Part shown: in pieces, positions 9,246 through 18,770 of the stretch
How the letters are laid out: each line of letters begins with the position of its first letter
Position numbering within the stretch: the first letter of the stretch is position 1
Source of the DNA: Bacteroidales bacterium
GTDB lineage: Bacteria > Bacteroidota > Bacteroidia > Bacteroidales > UBA10428
DNA: 57,181 bases
NCBI GenBank assembly: GCA_016926375.1
Contig: JAFGOR010000101.1
Span: 1 to 57,181 of the forward strand
Direction: 5' to 3'
Made by a program: the position numbers and the translations under genes
Notes under the pieces: model-generated
What the model was told of the DNA's origin: nothing
The model's input: the letters and a program-made list of their open reading frames with translations, nothing else
Databases searched by the model: none

Positions 9246-10511
9246 ATGAACGAAAAACTTATCGAGGAATGCATCTCTGCAGAAGGTGATGTCCCGCTTG
9301 TGGTCCCGGACAACCTTGTAATGTCCGGTTATCTGAAAAACAGTCTTCCCAAAAACAAGCATCCCGAATTCTCAACAATCAGCCCGAACACGAGAAAGTT
9401 TATCAACAGACATTTCCCCGGTGTCAGCGATGAGCAATGGAATTCATGGAGATGGCAGATAAAAAACAGTTATATATCTTTCAGCCAGTTAAACAAGATT
9501 ATTGATTTCCGCAGGGTTATCGATGATCAGTCGATTCTTGATAACGACAAGCTCCCTTTACGAATTACACCCTATTATGCCAGCCTGATTGAAGGCGCAG
9601 GTGCCAACCATCCGATTGTCAAAGGAGTTGTTCCCAGCATCAAAGAGTTGTACCAAACTCCTGGTGAAGCTTCAGATCCCCTTCATGAGGAAAATTGTTC
9701 GCCTGTTCCGAACATTGTACACCGCTACCCCGACAGGGTGCTGTTCCTGGCCACCGGTTTTTGTTCAACTTATTGCAGGTACTGCACCCGTTCACACATG
9801 GTTGCAAAGGACAAAATGCATTATGGGAAGGCTGCATGGCAACCCGGCCTTGAGTATATCAGAAACAACAAAGCTGTCAGGGATGTGTTGATATCCGGAG
9901 GAGACCCGCTTACCATGCCTGAAGCACACCTGGAATACCTGCTGGAAAGCTTGCGTGCAATCCCTCATGTTGAAATCATCCGGATTGGCACCAAGGTGCC
10001 TGTGGTATTACCGCAACGAATAACCAGCAGTTTTGTCAACATGTTACGCAGATATCATCCTTTGTTCATGAGCATTCATTTCATGCATCCATTGGAACTT
10101 ACTCCCGAGGTTCATGAAGCCTGCACCAGGCTGGCCAATGCCGGAATACCTCTGGGAAGCCAGACGGTGTTGCTCAAAGGTATCAATGATTCTGTTCCGG
10201 TTATGACCAAACTGATGCAGGGTTTACTGCGCAACCGCGTGCGGCCGTATTATATTTACCAGTGCGATCCCATTCTTGGATCGGGACATTTTCGAACCAC
10301 TGTTAAGGCCGGTTTGGACATAATTCGCGGTATGCGCGGATATACCAGTGGTTATGCCATACCTCATTTTGTAATTGATGCCCCCGGTGGAGGAGGCAAG
10401 ATTCCGCTTCTACCCGAATATGCCCTGGGGCATGAAGGAGATAATCTGGTTCTTCAGAATTATGAAGGGAAGCGCTTTTACTATCCCGATGTGGTTGATA
10501 CTGCGGACTGA
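9246..10511 (+). CDS. kamA: KamA family radical-SAM/PLP aminomutase (lysine 2,3-aminomutase-like)
   Basis: HRYPDRVL, CSTYCRYC, SGGDPL, YYIYQCD and VIDAPGGGGK (PLP Lys) motifs. Confidence 0.92.
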   Translation: MNEKLIEECISAEGDVPLVVPDNLVMSGYLKNSLPKNKHPEFSTISPNTRKFINRHFPGVSDEQWNSWRWQIKNSYISFSQLNKIIDFRRVIDDQSILDNDKLPLRITPYYASLIEGAGANHPIVKGVVPSIKELYQTPGEASDPLHEENCSPVPNIVHRYPDRVLFLATGFCSTYCRYCTRSHMVAKDKMHYGKAAWQPGLEYIRNNKAVRDVLISGGDPLTMPEAHLEYLLESLRAIPHVEIIRIGTKVPVVLPQRITSSFVNMLRRYHPLFMSIHFMHPLELTPEVHEACTRLANAGIPLGSQTVLLKGINDSVPVMTKLMQGLLRNRVRPYYIYQCDPILGSGHFRTTVKAGLDIIRGMRGYTSGYAIPHFVIDAPGGGGKIPLLPEYALGHEGDNLVLQNYEGKRFYYPDVVDTAD

Positions 10512-10532
10512 AGAAGCTTTCAAATAATAAGC

Positions 10533-10563
10533 AGCGATCCCCCAGGGGATCGCTTTTAATTTA
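10533..10563 (+). terminator. Intrinsic terminator after kamA
   Basis: AGCGATCCC..GGGATCGCT stem followed by TTTAATTT. Confidence 0.65.
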
Positions 10564-10618
10564 TGTTTCCTTCACATTTGCTTTCAACGTGAATCAGAAT
10601 TTTAATTAGTGATTAATA

Positions 10619-11605
10619 ATGGAAATAGGACTGACCTACGACCTGCGGACCGATTACCTGAATGAAGGCTTTACACCCGAAGAAACAGCAGAGTTTGATA
10701 AGGAAGAAACCATTGAAGGAATTGAAAATGCCTTGCAGAGCCTGGGATATCAAACAGCACGCATTGGTCATGCCCGTAAACTGATGAGCGAATTGCTGAC
10801 CGGAAAACGCTGGGATATGGTTTTCAACATATGTGAAGGAATGTACGGAGACAGCCGTGAGTCTCTCATTCCTGCCCTGCTTGACGCCTACCGCATACCT
10901 TATGTTTTTTCGGGTGCGGTAACCCTGGGTATTTCACTGAACAAAGCTTTTGCTAAAAGAATTGTCAGGGACGCGGGTATCAATACGCCCCCTTTCATGG
11001 TGGTTAACCATACTGATGATGTAAAACATTGTCAGCTTGCTTTTCCTTTGTTTGCCAAGCCTGTTTCGGAAGGAACCGGAAAAGGAGTTGAAGATCGCTC
11101 TGTGATTCACGATGCCCGACAACTGGCCGATATGTGCGATTGTCTTCTGGAAAAATTCAACCAGCCTGTGCTGGTTGAGGAATACCTGCCGGGACGTGAG
11201 TTTACTGCAGGAATTGTGGGAAACGGGACGGATGCCCGTGTTATCGGAGCTATGGAAGTTATTTATGGCAAGGGCGTCAGTGACATTTATTCGTATTTCA
11301 ACAAGGAAAATTACGAAGGGCGTATTCATTACACACCTGTAACCGGTGAATGGCTCAGACATTGCGAGGATATTGCACTTAAGTCGTGGAATGCCCTGAA
11401 TGCAAACGATGGCGGAAGGGTGGATCTCCGGGTTGACAAATTTGGTGAAATAAGCTTTATTGAAATCAACCCGCTGGCCGGATTGAACCCGGTTCATTCC
11501 GATTTGCCCATACTTTGCCGGATGAATGGTATTGAATATGTTCAGTTAATAGGCATGATCATGGATGCAGCTCTTAAAAGAATCAACATGCCGAATGGAA
11601 AATAA
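10619..11605 (+). CDS. D-Ala-D-Ala ligase-like ATP-grasp peptide ligase 1 (non-canonical)
   Basis: FPLFAKP..EGTGKG, VLVEEYLPGREF, RVD and FIEINPLAG motifs; lacks the Ddl GGxSxE motif. Confidence 0.88.
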   Translation: MEIGLTYDLRTDYLNEGFTPEETAEFDKEETIEGIENALQSLGYQTARIGHARKLMSELLTGKRWDMVFNICEGMYGDSRESLIPALLDAYRIPYVFSGAVTLGISLNKAFAKRIVRDAGINTPPFMVVNHTDDVKHCQLAFPLFAKPVSEGTGKGVEDRSVIHDARQLADMCDCLLEKFNQPVLVEEYLPGREFTAGIVGNGTDARVIGAMEVIYGKGVSDIYSYFNKENYEGRIHYTPVTGEWLRHCEDIALKSWNALNANDGGRVDLRVDKFGEISFIEINPLAGLNPVHSDLPILCRMNGIEYVQLIGMIMDAALKRINMPNGK

Positions 11606-12566
11606 AAAGGTCATTATTCTTCATAATGCTGTTGCCGGGAACAGCAACCCCGATGAGGCTGATGTGCTGCATCAGGTGGAGCTGGTTTCAAAAGCACTGA
11701 CCGTTTTAGGATATCACCCCATTGCATTCCCGTTACAGGATGACCTTATTCAGGATATGAAGTCCATTGAGAAAAGTGAGCCCCTGTTTGTATTCAACCT
11801 GGTAGAAGCTGTATTCAATAAAGGAGAATTGCTGTATATGGGTCCGGCTTTGCTGAATGCCCTGAAAATTCCCTATACCGGAGTTCCGGTTGAAGGTTTG
11901 TTTTTGACCACCAATAAGGTGCTTACCAAAAAAATCCTGGAGTACAACCACATTCCCACCCCAGGTTATTTCACCACCAATGAAGTTCACAGGTTGAAGT
12001 CAGGCACCCGGTACCTGCTCAAACCGGTAAGCGAAGACGGTTCAGTGGGTCTGGATGAAGATGCGGTTTTTACAGTTGAACAAACAGCCATTACCTGCAA
12101 CATCAGCCGGCAACCAGCTTCTCATTATTTTATTGAAGAGTACATCGAAGGACGTGAGTTTAATATCAGCATTCTGGGAGGAAAGGGCAAGAGAGACGCA
12201 CTGCCTGCTGCCGAAATGATTTTTAATGATTACCCGGCAGGTAAGCCACGCATACTGGGCTATAAAGCCAAATGGGATGAATCGTCGGCAGAGTTTAAAA
12301 ACACCACCCGCGCATTCAATACGCTATCGCAGGAATCGCCTTTATACCGTGAACTTGTGCAATTAACAGAGGCATGCTGGGATTGTTTTAACCTGAAAGG
12401 TTTTGCACGGGTTGATTTCCGGATTGACCAAAATGAGCAGCCATATGTTATTGAAATCAACGGAAATCCATGTATTTCACCCGACAGTGGTTTTATAGCG
12501 GCAGCTAACCAGGCGGGACTTTCCAGTGCTGATGTAATTGCAAGAATAATTGAAGAATTGACATAA
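11595..12566 (+). CDS. D-Ala-D-Ala ligase-like ATP-grasp peptide ligase 2 (non-canonical)
   Basis: IPYTG, LKPVSEDGS.G, IEEYIEGREF, ARVDFR and IEINGNP motifs; start MENKK overlaps the upstream stop. Confidence 0.88.
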   Translation: MENKKVIILHNAVAGNSNPDEADVLHQVELVSKALTVLGYHPIAFPLQDDLIQDMKSIEKSEPLFVFNLVEAVFNKGELLYMGPALLNALKIPYTGVPVEGLFLTTNKVLTKKILEYNHIPTPGYFTTNEVHRLKSGTRYLLKPVSEDGSVGLDEDAVFTVEQTAITCNISRQPASHYFIEEYIEGREFNISILGGKGKRDALPAAEMIFNDYPAGKPRILGYKAKWDESSAEFKNTTRAFNTLSQESPLYRELVQLTEACWDCFNLKGFARVDFRIDQNEQPYVIEINGNPCISPDSGFIAAANQAGLSSADVIARIIEELT

Positions 12567-12593
12567 CGCCATATTGATAAATAGTTGAACAGT

Positions 12594-13076
12594 ATGATAA
12601 CATTTCGGGAGCAACTGGTACCTGAAGACATCCGGAAAATAGGCGAGGTGTTGGAATCAAGCGGCTTCTTTCATTCCTATGAGGTTGATGTGGCCAGTGA
12701 ACTGGCTTCTATAAACCTCGAAAAGGGAGCAGCAACTTCCGGATACCATTTTATAATTGCCCACGAAGCGGATACCCTGCTGGGCTATTGCTGTTATGGC
12801 CCCAATCCGTGTACCGAATCAAGTTACGACCTTTACTGGATTGCGGTTCACAAAAGTCATATGAAAAAGGGCCTGGGCCGGAAACTGATGTACCTTGCCG
12901 AACAGGGTGTTCTGAAATTGGGCGGAACCATAGTCTGGGTAGAAACTTCAGGACGCGCTATATATGAATCAACCCGGAAGTTCTATCTTACGCTGAATTA
13001 TGAAAGGGTAGCCACACTCCCCGATTTTTATGCCCCGGGAGACGACAAGATTGTGTTTATGAAAAGAGTAGGGTGA
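12594..13076 (+). CDS. GNAT N-acetyltransferase
   Basis: LYWIAV...KKGLGRKL acetyl-CoA motif; FY; DFYAPGDD. Confidence 0.88.
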   Translation: MITFREQLVPEDIRKIGEVLESSGFFHSYEVDVASELASINLEKGAATSGYHFIIAHEADTLLGYCCYGPNPCTESSYDLYWIAVHKSHMKKGLGRKLMYLAEQGVLKLGGTIVWVETSGRAIYESTRKFYLTLNYERVATLPDFYAPGDDKIVFMKRVG

Positions 13077-13097
13077 ACGGGTTGATGCTTTTGTGTA

Positions 13098-13598
13098 TCA
13101 AAGTTGTTTCTCGTAGCAAACAAACGGAATTTTCTGGTAGGCGGCCTGAAACGAGGCAACTTCTTTAAACGATTGTTTTTCGTATAACTGCCGGGCATGA
13201 TCGCTGGGTTTGAACACATCCAGCCGGATACAATCGAATCCCTTTTCTTTTGCCAGTTTTTGGGAAAATTCAATCATCAGTTTGGCAATCCCCATACCCT
13301 GCCACCTGGGATGCACAGCCATGTGCTGAAGATAAAGCGGCTTGCGGTTTTCGGATGGAAGATTCAACTGCTTATAATCTTCAGGCTCATTTGTATTTAG
13401 CGTAACCATTCCCTTGCATACGCCCTTTTCTTTAACCAGGAAAATGGAGCCGGAATCAAGATCCTTTTGTATGGTGTCGGCCCCGGGATAAGCACTGTTC
13501 CAGTGTTTCATCCCTTTTGCATTCATGTCGAATATACAAATCCTTAACAGGTATAAAATTTCAATAAGATCAGTCGGCCTGGCCTGAATAATTTCCAT
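13098..13598 (-). CDS. GNAT N-acetyltransferase
   Basis: MAVHPRWQGMGIAK, RLD and A..LYEK motifs; own -7 box TATATTTG at 13639-13646 (minus). Confidence 0.88.
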   Translation of the reverse strand: MEIIQARPTDLIEILYLLRICIFDMNAKGMKHWNSAYPGADTIQKDLDSGSIFLVKEKGVCKGMVTLNTNEPEDYKQLNLPSENRKPLYLQHMAVHPRWQGMGIAKLMIEFSQKLAKEKGFDCIRLDVFKPSDHARQLYEKQSFKEVASFQAAYQKIPFVCYEKQL

Positions 13599-13796
13599 CT
13601 GGATCTAATTTCTCATTTCTGTAAATAAACCGTGAGGACAAATATAAATAATAATAAAAGACGATCATTACTGTTATAATGATGCTTTTGAATAAACTAC
13701 TATTTTTACATAAAAATAATCAGTTTTTTTAAATTTAGAATATCTTTTCATATTCATTTGTTGTTCCAGTAACAGGCATTTATACCAGTTTTCATC

Positions 13797-15257
13797 ATGT
13801 CATGCATCCGCTTTTTGTTGTTCAGATCTGTTTTCGCCATATGCTGTATTCCTTTACTGGTAATACTTGCGTTGTCATGCAATCACGATTTGCTCAACCC
13901 CGATCCGGATGCGCTTCCTGGTTTTTCTACTGACACTGTTTCTTTCGATACGGTTTTCACTACAATAGGTTCCGCTACCCTGTATTTTAAAGTTTACAAC
14001 AAAGACAACAGGCCCTTGCTGATCCGGTCGATTGAATTGGGTGGCGGGAACAGTTCTTTTTTCCGATTGAACATTGATGGTGAACCGGCATTAAGGGTTA
14101 CCGATGTAGAGATAGCGCCCAAAGACAGTATGTTCATTTTTGTTGCAATTACCATTGATCCGCTGAATTCCAACAATCCCGTAATCATCAGCGATTCGGT
14201 AGTTTTCAATACCAATGGCACCTTGCAGCATGTGAAGCTGCTGGCATATGGCCAGGACGTTCATCTGTACAAGAATACATTTATTGGAACAGAAACCTGG
14301 ATCAACGACAAGCCTTACCTGGTTTACGGTAACCTTGAAGTGGATTCGGGCCATGTGCTTACCATTGAACCGGGAGCGCAAATTTACTTTCACCGCAATT
14401 CAAGCATGGTGGTATGGGGAACTCTGGTTGTAAACGGTACCAGTGAAAACTGCGTTGTTTTTCAGAACGACCGTCTTGAAGCGTTTTACGACATCATCCC
14501 GGGTCAGTGGGGCACCATTTTCTTCGCTCCCTATAGCCGGGGTAACAGAATCAACCACGCCATCATCAGAAATTCAATAGCCGGGTTGCAACTTGGATTC
14601 CCCGCAGATCCACGGATTCCTGAATTGGAAATTTCCAACAGCATCATACAGAACATGTCCTTTGCCGGTATTTATGCCTTTGGAGCAGAACTTCTTTGCT
14701 ACAACACCGTTATTGCAAACTGCGCCGGCCCTGCTGCTGCATTGCTGCAAGGAGGGAACTATGAATTCTACCATTGTACCATTTCCAATAACGGTGTGCT
14801 GGGAACATCGCGTTCCAGCCCTTCCCTGGTGATGACAAATTACTTCGACAATATTGAGGAGGGCGCTTATGTAAGATATACCCGCGATTTGACAGCCGGA
14901 TTTGTGAACAGCATTATTTACGGAAGTAATTTGCATGAACTTCAACTGCTGAACTCCCAGGCAAGCCAGTTCATTTACCGTTTTGATCATTGCCTTTTGA
15001 AGGCTTCGGCAGATTCAATTGATTTAACCAATACTGCCGTTTTCAGTGAAATTATACTCAACAGGGACCCAAACTTTGCCAACGATTCCGACAGGTACCA
15101 TCTCAATTACAGCCTTGATACGCTCTCACCGGCTAAAGACTCAGGTGACGCACAATTAATAGAAATTTTCCCGTATCTCGAATACGATATTATGGAGCAA
15201 TCCCGCAAATACGATGGTAAACCTGACCTGGGCGCATTTGAAAGAAAGGAAGACTGA
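13797..15257 (+). CDS. Lipoprotein with Ig-like and right-handed beta-helix regions
   Basis: Lipobox ALSC; FSTDTVSFDTVFT; LTIEPG..I.F; C-terminal SPAKDSG...PDLGAFE. Confidence 0.7.
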   Translation: MSCIRFLLFRSVFAICCIPLLVILALSCNHDLLNPDPDALPGFSTDTVSFDTVFTTIGSATLYFKVYNKDNRPLLIRSIELGGGNSSFFRLNIDGEPALRVTDVEIAPKDSMFIFVAITIDPLNSNNPVIISDSVVFNTNGTLQHVKLLAYGQDVHLYKNTFIGTETWINDKPYLVYGNLEVDSGHVLTIEPGAQIYFHRNSSMVVWGTLVVNGTSENCVVFQNDRLEAFYDIIPGQWGTIFFAPYSRGNRINHAIIRNSIAGLQLGFPADPRIPELEISNSIIQNMSFAGIYAFGAELLCYNTVIANCAGPAAALLQGGNYEFYHCTISNNGVLGTSRSSPSLVMTNYFDNIEEGAYVRYTRDLTAGFVNSIIYGSNLHELQLLNSQASQFIYRFDHCLLKASADSIDLTNTAVFSEIILNRDPNFANDSDRYHLNYSLDTLSPAKDSGDAQLIEIFPYLEYDIMEQSRKYDGKPDLGAFERKED

Positions 15258-15273
15258 ATAAACCGGGCTAATC

Positions 15274-16335
15274 ATGGGTTATCCTTTTACAGTTGCTTTA
15301 TTGATCCTGGTTTTCAATTCGGGAATGTGGTTTGATACCTTCCCGGAGCCGGGAAAGCAAATTGCGCCACAGCGCCCGTTGCACCACAGGATCATGTTTT
15401 ATAACGTAGAAAACCTGTTTGATACCAGGGATAATCCCAATACAGATGATGACCTGTTCACTCCCGCAGGTGGTATGCACTGGACTTACAAGCGCTACAC
15501 GGCCAAACTGACAAATATCTGCAAGGTGCTTGTTGCTGCAGGCGGGTGGCAACCTCCTGATATCATTGGTTTTTGTGAAGTTGAAAACGATTCTGTATTG
15601 ATAGATCTGTTTGAAAATACGTTGCTTTCCAAATACCGGTACAGGGTAGTGCATTATAACTCGCCCGACCACAGGGGAATTGATGTTGCCCTGGCATACA
15701 ACAGACAGCTGGTTGAATGCCTGTATAGCAGAAATATCAGGGTAAGCAGTGGCGATCTGCTGACAAGAGATATTTTATACATTAAAGCATTATTGGGCGG
15801 GGATACTTGTCATTTCTTCATCAATCACTGGCCTTCGCGATCTTCCGGTCAACTGGATACGGAAAGGTACCGGTTTGCGGCTGCCGGTTTGCTCAGGCAG
15901 GTAACAGACAGTATCCTGTTGCTGAATTCCGCAGCAAAGATTTTAATAATGGGCGACTTCAATGACGAGCCTGGCGATGAAAGCCTTGCTGTGAAGTTAA
16001 ACGCAAAAGTGAACAGGGAGGACCCTTTGCTGGCAGGACTTTACAATCTTACCGGCAATAAAACTGCAGGGGAACAGGTACAGGGGACGTTAAAATACCA
16101 GGGAGTCTGGAATGTTTTTGATCAGATTATCGTGTCATCCGGCATGCTTAACAATACAGGCGGAATTTATGTAAAACCTGATGGCTTTACCATTCTGAAT
16201 GATTCTTTTTTACTGGAACCCGATGTGACTTACACAGGATACAAACCCTTTCGCACATACAGCGGTTTTATATACAGGGGCGGATTCTCCGACCATCTGC
16301 CGGTTTATGTTGATGTGTTTGTAGGGAAGGAGTAG
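15274..16335 (+). CDS. Endonuclease/exonuclease/phosphatase family protein
   Basis: FYNVENLFD, CEVEN, NHWPSR, MGDFND, FDQI and SDHLPV motifs. Confidence 0.9.
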   Translation: MGYPFTVALLILVFNSGMWFDTFPEPGKQIAPQRPLHHRIMFYNVENLFDTRDNPNTDDDLFTPAGGMHWTYKRYTAKLTNICKVLVAAGGWQPPDIIGFCEVENDSVLIDLFENTLLSKYRYRVVHYNSPDHRGIDVALAYNRQLVECLYSRNIRVSSGDLLTRDILYIKALLGGDTCHFFINHWPSRSSGQLDTERYRFAAAGLLRQVTDSILLLNSAAKILIMGDFNDEPGDESLAVKLNAKVNREDPLLAGLYNLTGNKTAGEQVQGTLKYQGVWNVFDQIIVSSGMLNNTGGIYVKPDGFTILNDSFLLEPDVTYTGYKPFRTYSGFIYRGGFSDHLPVYVDVFVGKE

Positions 16336-16387
16336 GTTTTTATTCTGTTTCGTATGTTTTTTTCAATTGCGCCGGCCAGGCTGGCTA

Positions 16388-16480
16388 CCATAGCCATCAA
16401 GCTGAGAAACGCTTACGCCCCTGCCTGCCGGCAGGCAGGGGCGTAAGCAATTGATCAAATCCTTAACTTGACAGCTATGG
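16388..16480. mobile_element. MITE-like element with 19-bp imperfect TIRs and an internal perfect 38-bp palindrome
   Basis: Ends match at 15/19; palindrome at 16411-16448; the right part recurs at 48708-48768. Confidence 0.7.
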
Positions 16481-16527
16481 GCAAGCCCGGGGCTACTGAA
16501 GCCTGGGCAATTAGGGATTCAAATCCA

Positions 16528-17547
16528 TCAAACAATATTTACCTCCATCTCCAGCCTGATGGCAAAATGATTCATCACCGATTTTTGTATCTTTTGGGCA
16601 CAATCATAAATTTCTTTTCCGCTAGCACCACCCCGATTGATGATGATAAGCGGTTGCTTTTTGTGTGTAGCCGCTTTTCCGCATGACCGTCCTTTCCATC
16701 CGCACTGATCAATCAGCCATGCTGCAGAAAGTTTAACAGAACCATCTTTCATGTTGTATTCCGGCATGGTGGGATAAAACGGTTTCAGTGATTCGGACTG
16801 GGCTTTTGTTACCACCGGATTCTTAAAGAAACTACCTGCATTGCCCTGCTCGGCAGGATCAGGAAGCTTGTTTGTCCTGATGGTAATGATGGCCTTGCGG
16901 ATATTGGCAACAGTGGTTTCATCGTAGTTATTGAGTTCTTTCTCAAGATCAGGATAACGTGTGTTAAACAGGGGCTTTTTGCGCAACCTGTAACTGACTC
17001 TTGTAATGATCACATTGCCCTTTAATTCTGTTTTGAATATGCTGTTCCGGTATGAGAACCTGCAGTCTTTTGCTTTTAATTTGAATGGCTTGCGTTCTTT
17101 GATGTATAAACCCTCTACAGTGTCGATGAAGTCCATCACTTCAACACCATAGGCACCGATATTCTGCACCGGAGATGCGCCTGTAGTGCCCGGAATTAAG
17201 GAGAGGTTTTCGATGCCCCCCCAGTTGTTTCTTACACAGTAATCCACAAAGTCATCCCAATTTTCACCAGCACCGGCACGTACTACAACATGATCGACTC
17301 CCTCGCTGACCAAATCAATTCCTTTGATTGCCGGATGCAATATAACACCATCAAAGTCACCCGTAAACAAAACATTACTCCCCCCGCCAAGTATAAAAAG
17401 ACTGTTCCCTGCTGCGAGATCCGATGCCAGGAATTCGTTTACTGAATCAATATCACTGATTTCAACAAAATAACGTGCTTTAGCCGCTACATGAAAGGTG
17501 TTTCTATCAAATAACTCTGCGTTTTCCTGTATCTCAATCATGTTCAT
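16528..17547 (-). CDS. murB: UDP-N-acetylenolpyruvoylglucosamine reductase
   Basis: LGGGSN, PVQNIGAYG, F.YR.S.FK, GNAGSFFKNP and LE.EV motifs; -7 box at 17560-17567. Confidence 0.95.
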   Translation of the reverse strand: MNMIEIQENAELFDRNTFHVAAKARYFVEISDIDSVNEFLASDLAAGNSLFILGGGSNVLFTGDFDGVILHPAIKGIDLVSEGVDHVVVRAGAGENWDDFVDYCVRNNWGGIENLSLIPGTTGASPVQNIGAYGVEVMDFIDTVEGLYIKERKPFKLKAKDCRFSYRNSIFKTELKGNVIITRVSYRLRKKPLFNTRYPDLEKELNNYDETTVANIRKAIITIRTNKLPDPAEQGNAGSFFKNPVVTKAQSESLKPFYPTMPEYNMKDGSVKLSAAWLIDQCGWKGRSCGKAATHKKQPLIIINRGGASGKEIYDCAQKIQKSVMNHFAIRLEMEVNIV

Positions 17548-17645
17548 GGGTTAGGTAAACAAATATAATATCTCCCGGTTATTAAATCAATTGTAATGAA
17601 AGAATCTTTAATTTAGTGCAATCTAATATCAATCAGGGCCTGCCG

Positions 17646-18770
17646 ATGCGAATTATTCTCTGTGTTACCAATGATGTTGTCACCGATTGCAGGATTGGCC
17701 GGATAGCTGCTTCATTATTGAAATTGCCGGCCGAAGTTGCCATCATCGGGTTGTTGCTTCCGAATTCCCCTGCACTGCCTGAATACGCTTATAAAACCAT
17801 ACGTATCCGAATGATGTTCAGAAAAGGCCCTTTGTTTTACGCTGAATACAATACCAGGCTTTTCTTTAAACTCCTTTTCTGCTCTGCTGACCTGCTTGTT
17901 GCCAACGATCTGGATACACTTGCAGCTGTGTATGCGGCTTCTTTTTTCAAACGACTGCCGGTTGTTTACGACAGCCATGAATATTTTACGGAGTTGCCCG
18001 AGTTGGTTAACAGACCCTGGGTGAAAAAGGCCTGGGGTATGCTGGAATCGTTCCTGCTGCCGCGCATGAGGTATGCATCTACCGTAAGCCCTTCCATTGC
18101 TTCAGAATACCGGCGCAAATACGGAGTTAACATGCATTTGGTGAGGAATCTTCCTTACCGGATGGAGCATCTGCCCATACCTCAAATTTCCCTGCGCCGG
18201 CACCAGGAAAAAATTATCATGTACCAGGGATCGCTTAACTCCGGAAGGGGGTTGGAAACAGCAATCAGGGCCATGCAGTTCACAGAAAACAGCACACTGG
18301 TCGTTGCTGGATCCGGTTACCTTGAGGGTGAGCTTCGCGAACTGGTTAACTCACTTGCGCTTCATGAAAAAGTAAAATTCCTGGGCAGGGTTCCGCCTGA
18401 AGTTCTCAGAGAATACACAATACAGGCCGATCTGGGTATATCACTCGAAGAAAACTTGGGGCTGAATTACTTTTATGCTTTACCCAACAAATTGTTTGAT
18501 TACATTCAGGCACGCGTGCCTGTGCTGATTTCCGGGTTGCCCGAAATGACGGCAATAGTTAAAAAATACGAAGTCGGAATGACTACAGATATCCATGATC
18601 CGGCCCAGCTGGCAAATGTGTTTTCTTTAATGCTGGAGGATAATTCACAGCGGGAATTTTGGAAAGCCAGGCTGGAACTTGCTGCTGCCGAGCTTTGCTG
18701 GGAAAACGAGGAGCCTGTCCTGCTTGATCTGTACAAAAGGGTTATATCTGGCGATTGCCAGGCCTTATAA
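17646..18770 (+). CDS. Glycosyltransferase family 4
   Basis: ANDLDTL, VYDSHE, YQG.L...RGLE and ALPNKLFDY motifs. Confidence 0.88.
   Translation: MRIILCVTNDVVTDCRIGRIAASLLKLPAEVAIIGLLLPNSPALPEYAYKTIRIRMMFRKGPLFYAEYNTRLFFKLLFCSADLLVANDLDTLAAVYAASFFKRLPVVYDSHEYFTELPELVNRPWVKKAWGMLESFLLPRMRYASTVSPSIASEYRRKYGVNMHLVRNLPYRMEHLPIPQISLRRHQEKIIMYQGSLNSGRGLETAIRAMQFTENSTLVVAGSGYLEGELRELVNSLALHEKVKFLGRVPPEVLREYTIQADLGISLEENLGLNYFYALPNKLFDYIQARVPVLISGLPEMTAIVKKYEVGMTTDIHDPAQLANVFSLMLEDNSQREFWKARLELAAAELCWENEEPVLLDLYKRVISGDCQAL

Noticed and set aside
10619-12566. Housekeeping ddl or a van resistance cluster
   Set aside because: Ddl D-Ala-binding motifs are absent, there is no vanH/vanX/vanRS, and the context is kamA/GNAT.
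18765-18770. Overlap of the GT4 and ABC permease 3' ends
   Set aside because: A 6-nt convergent stop-codon overlap is ordinary.
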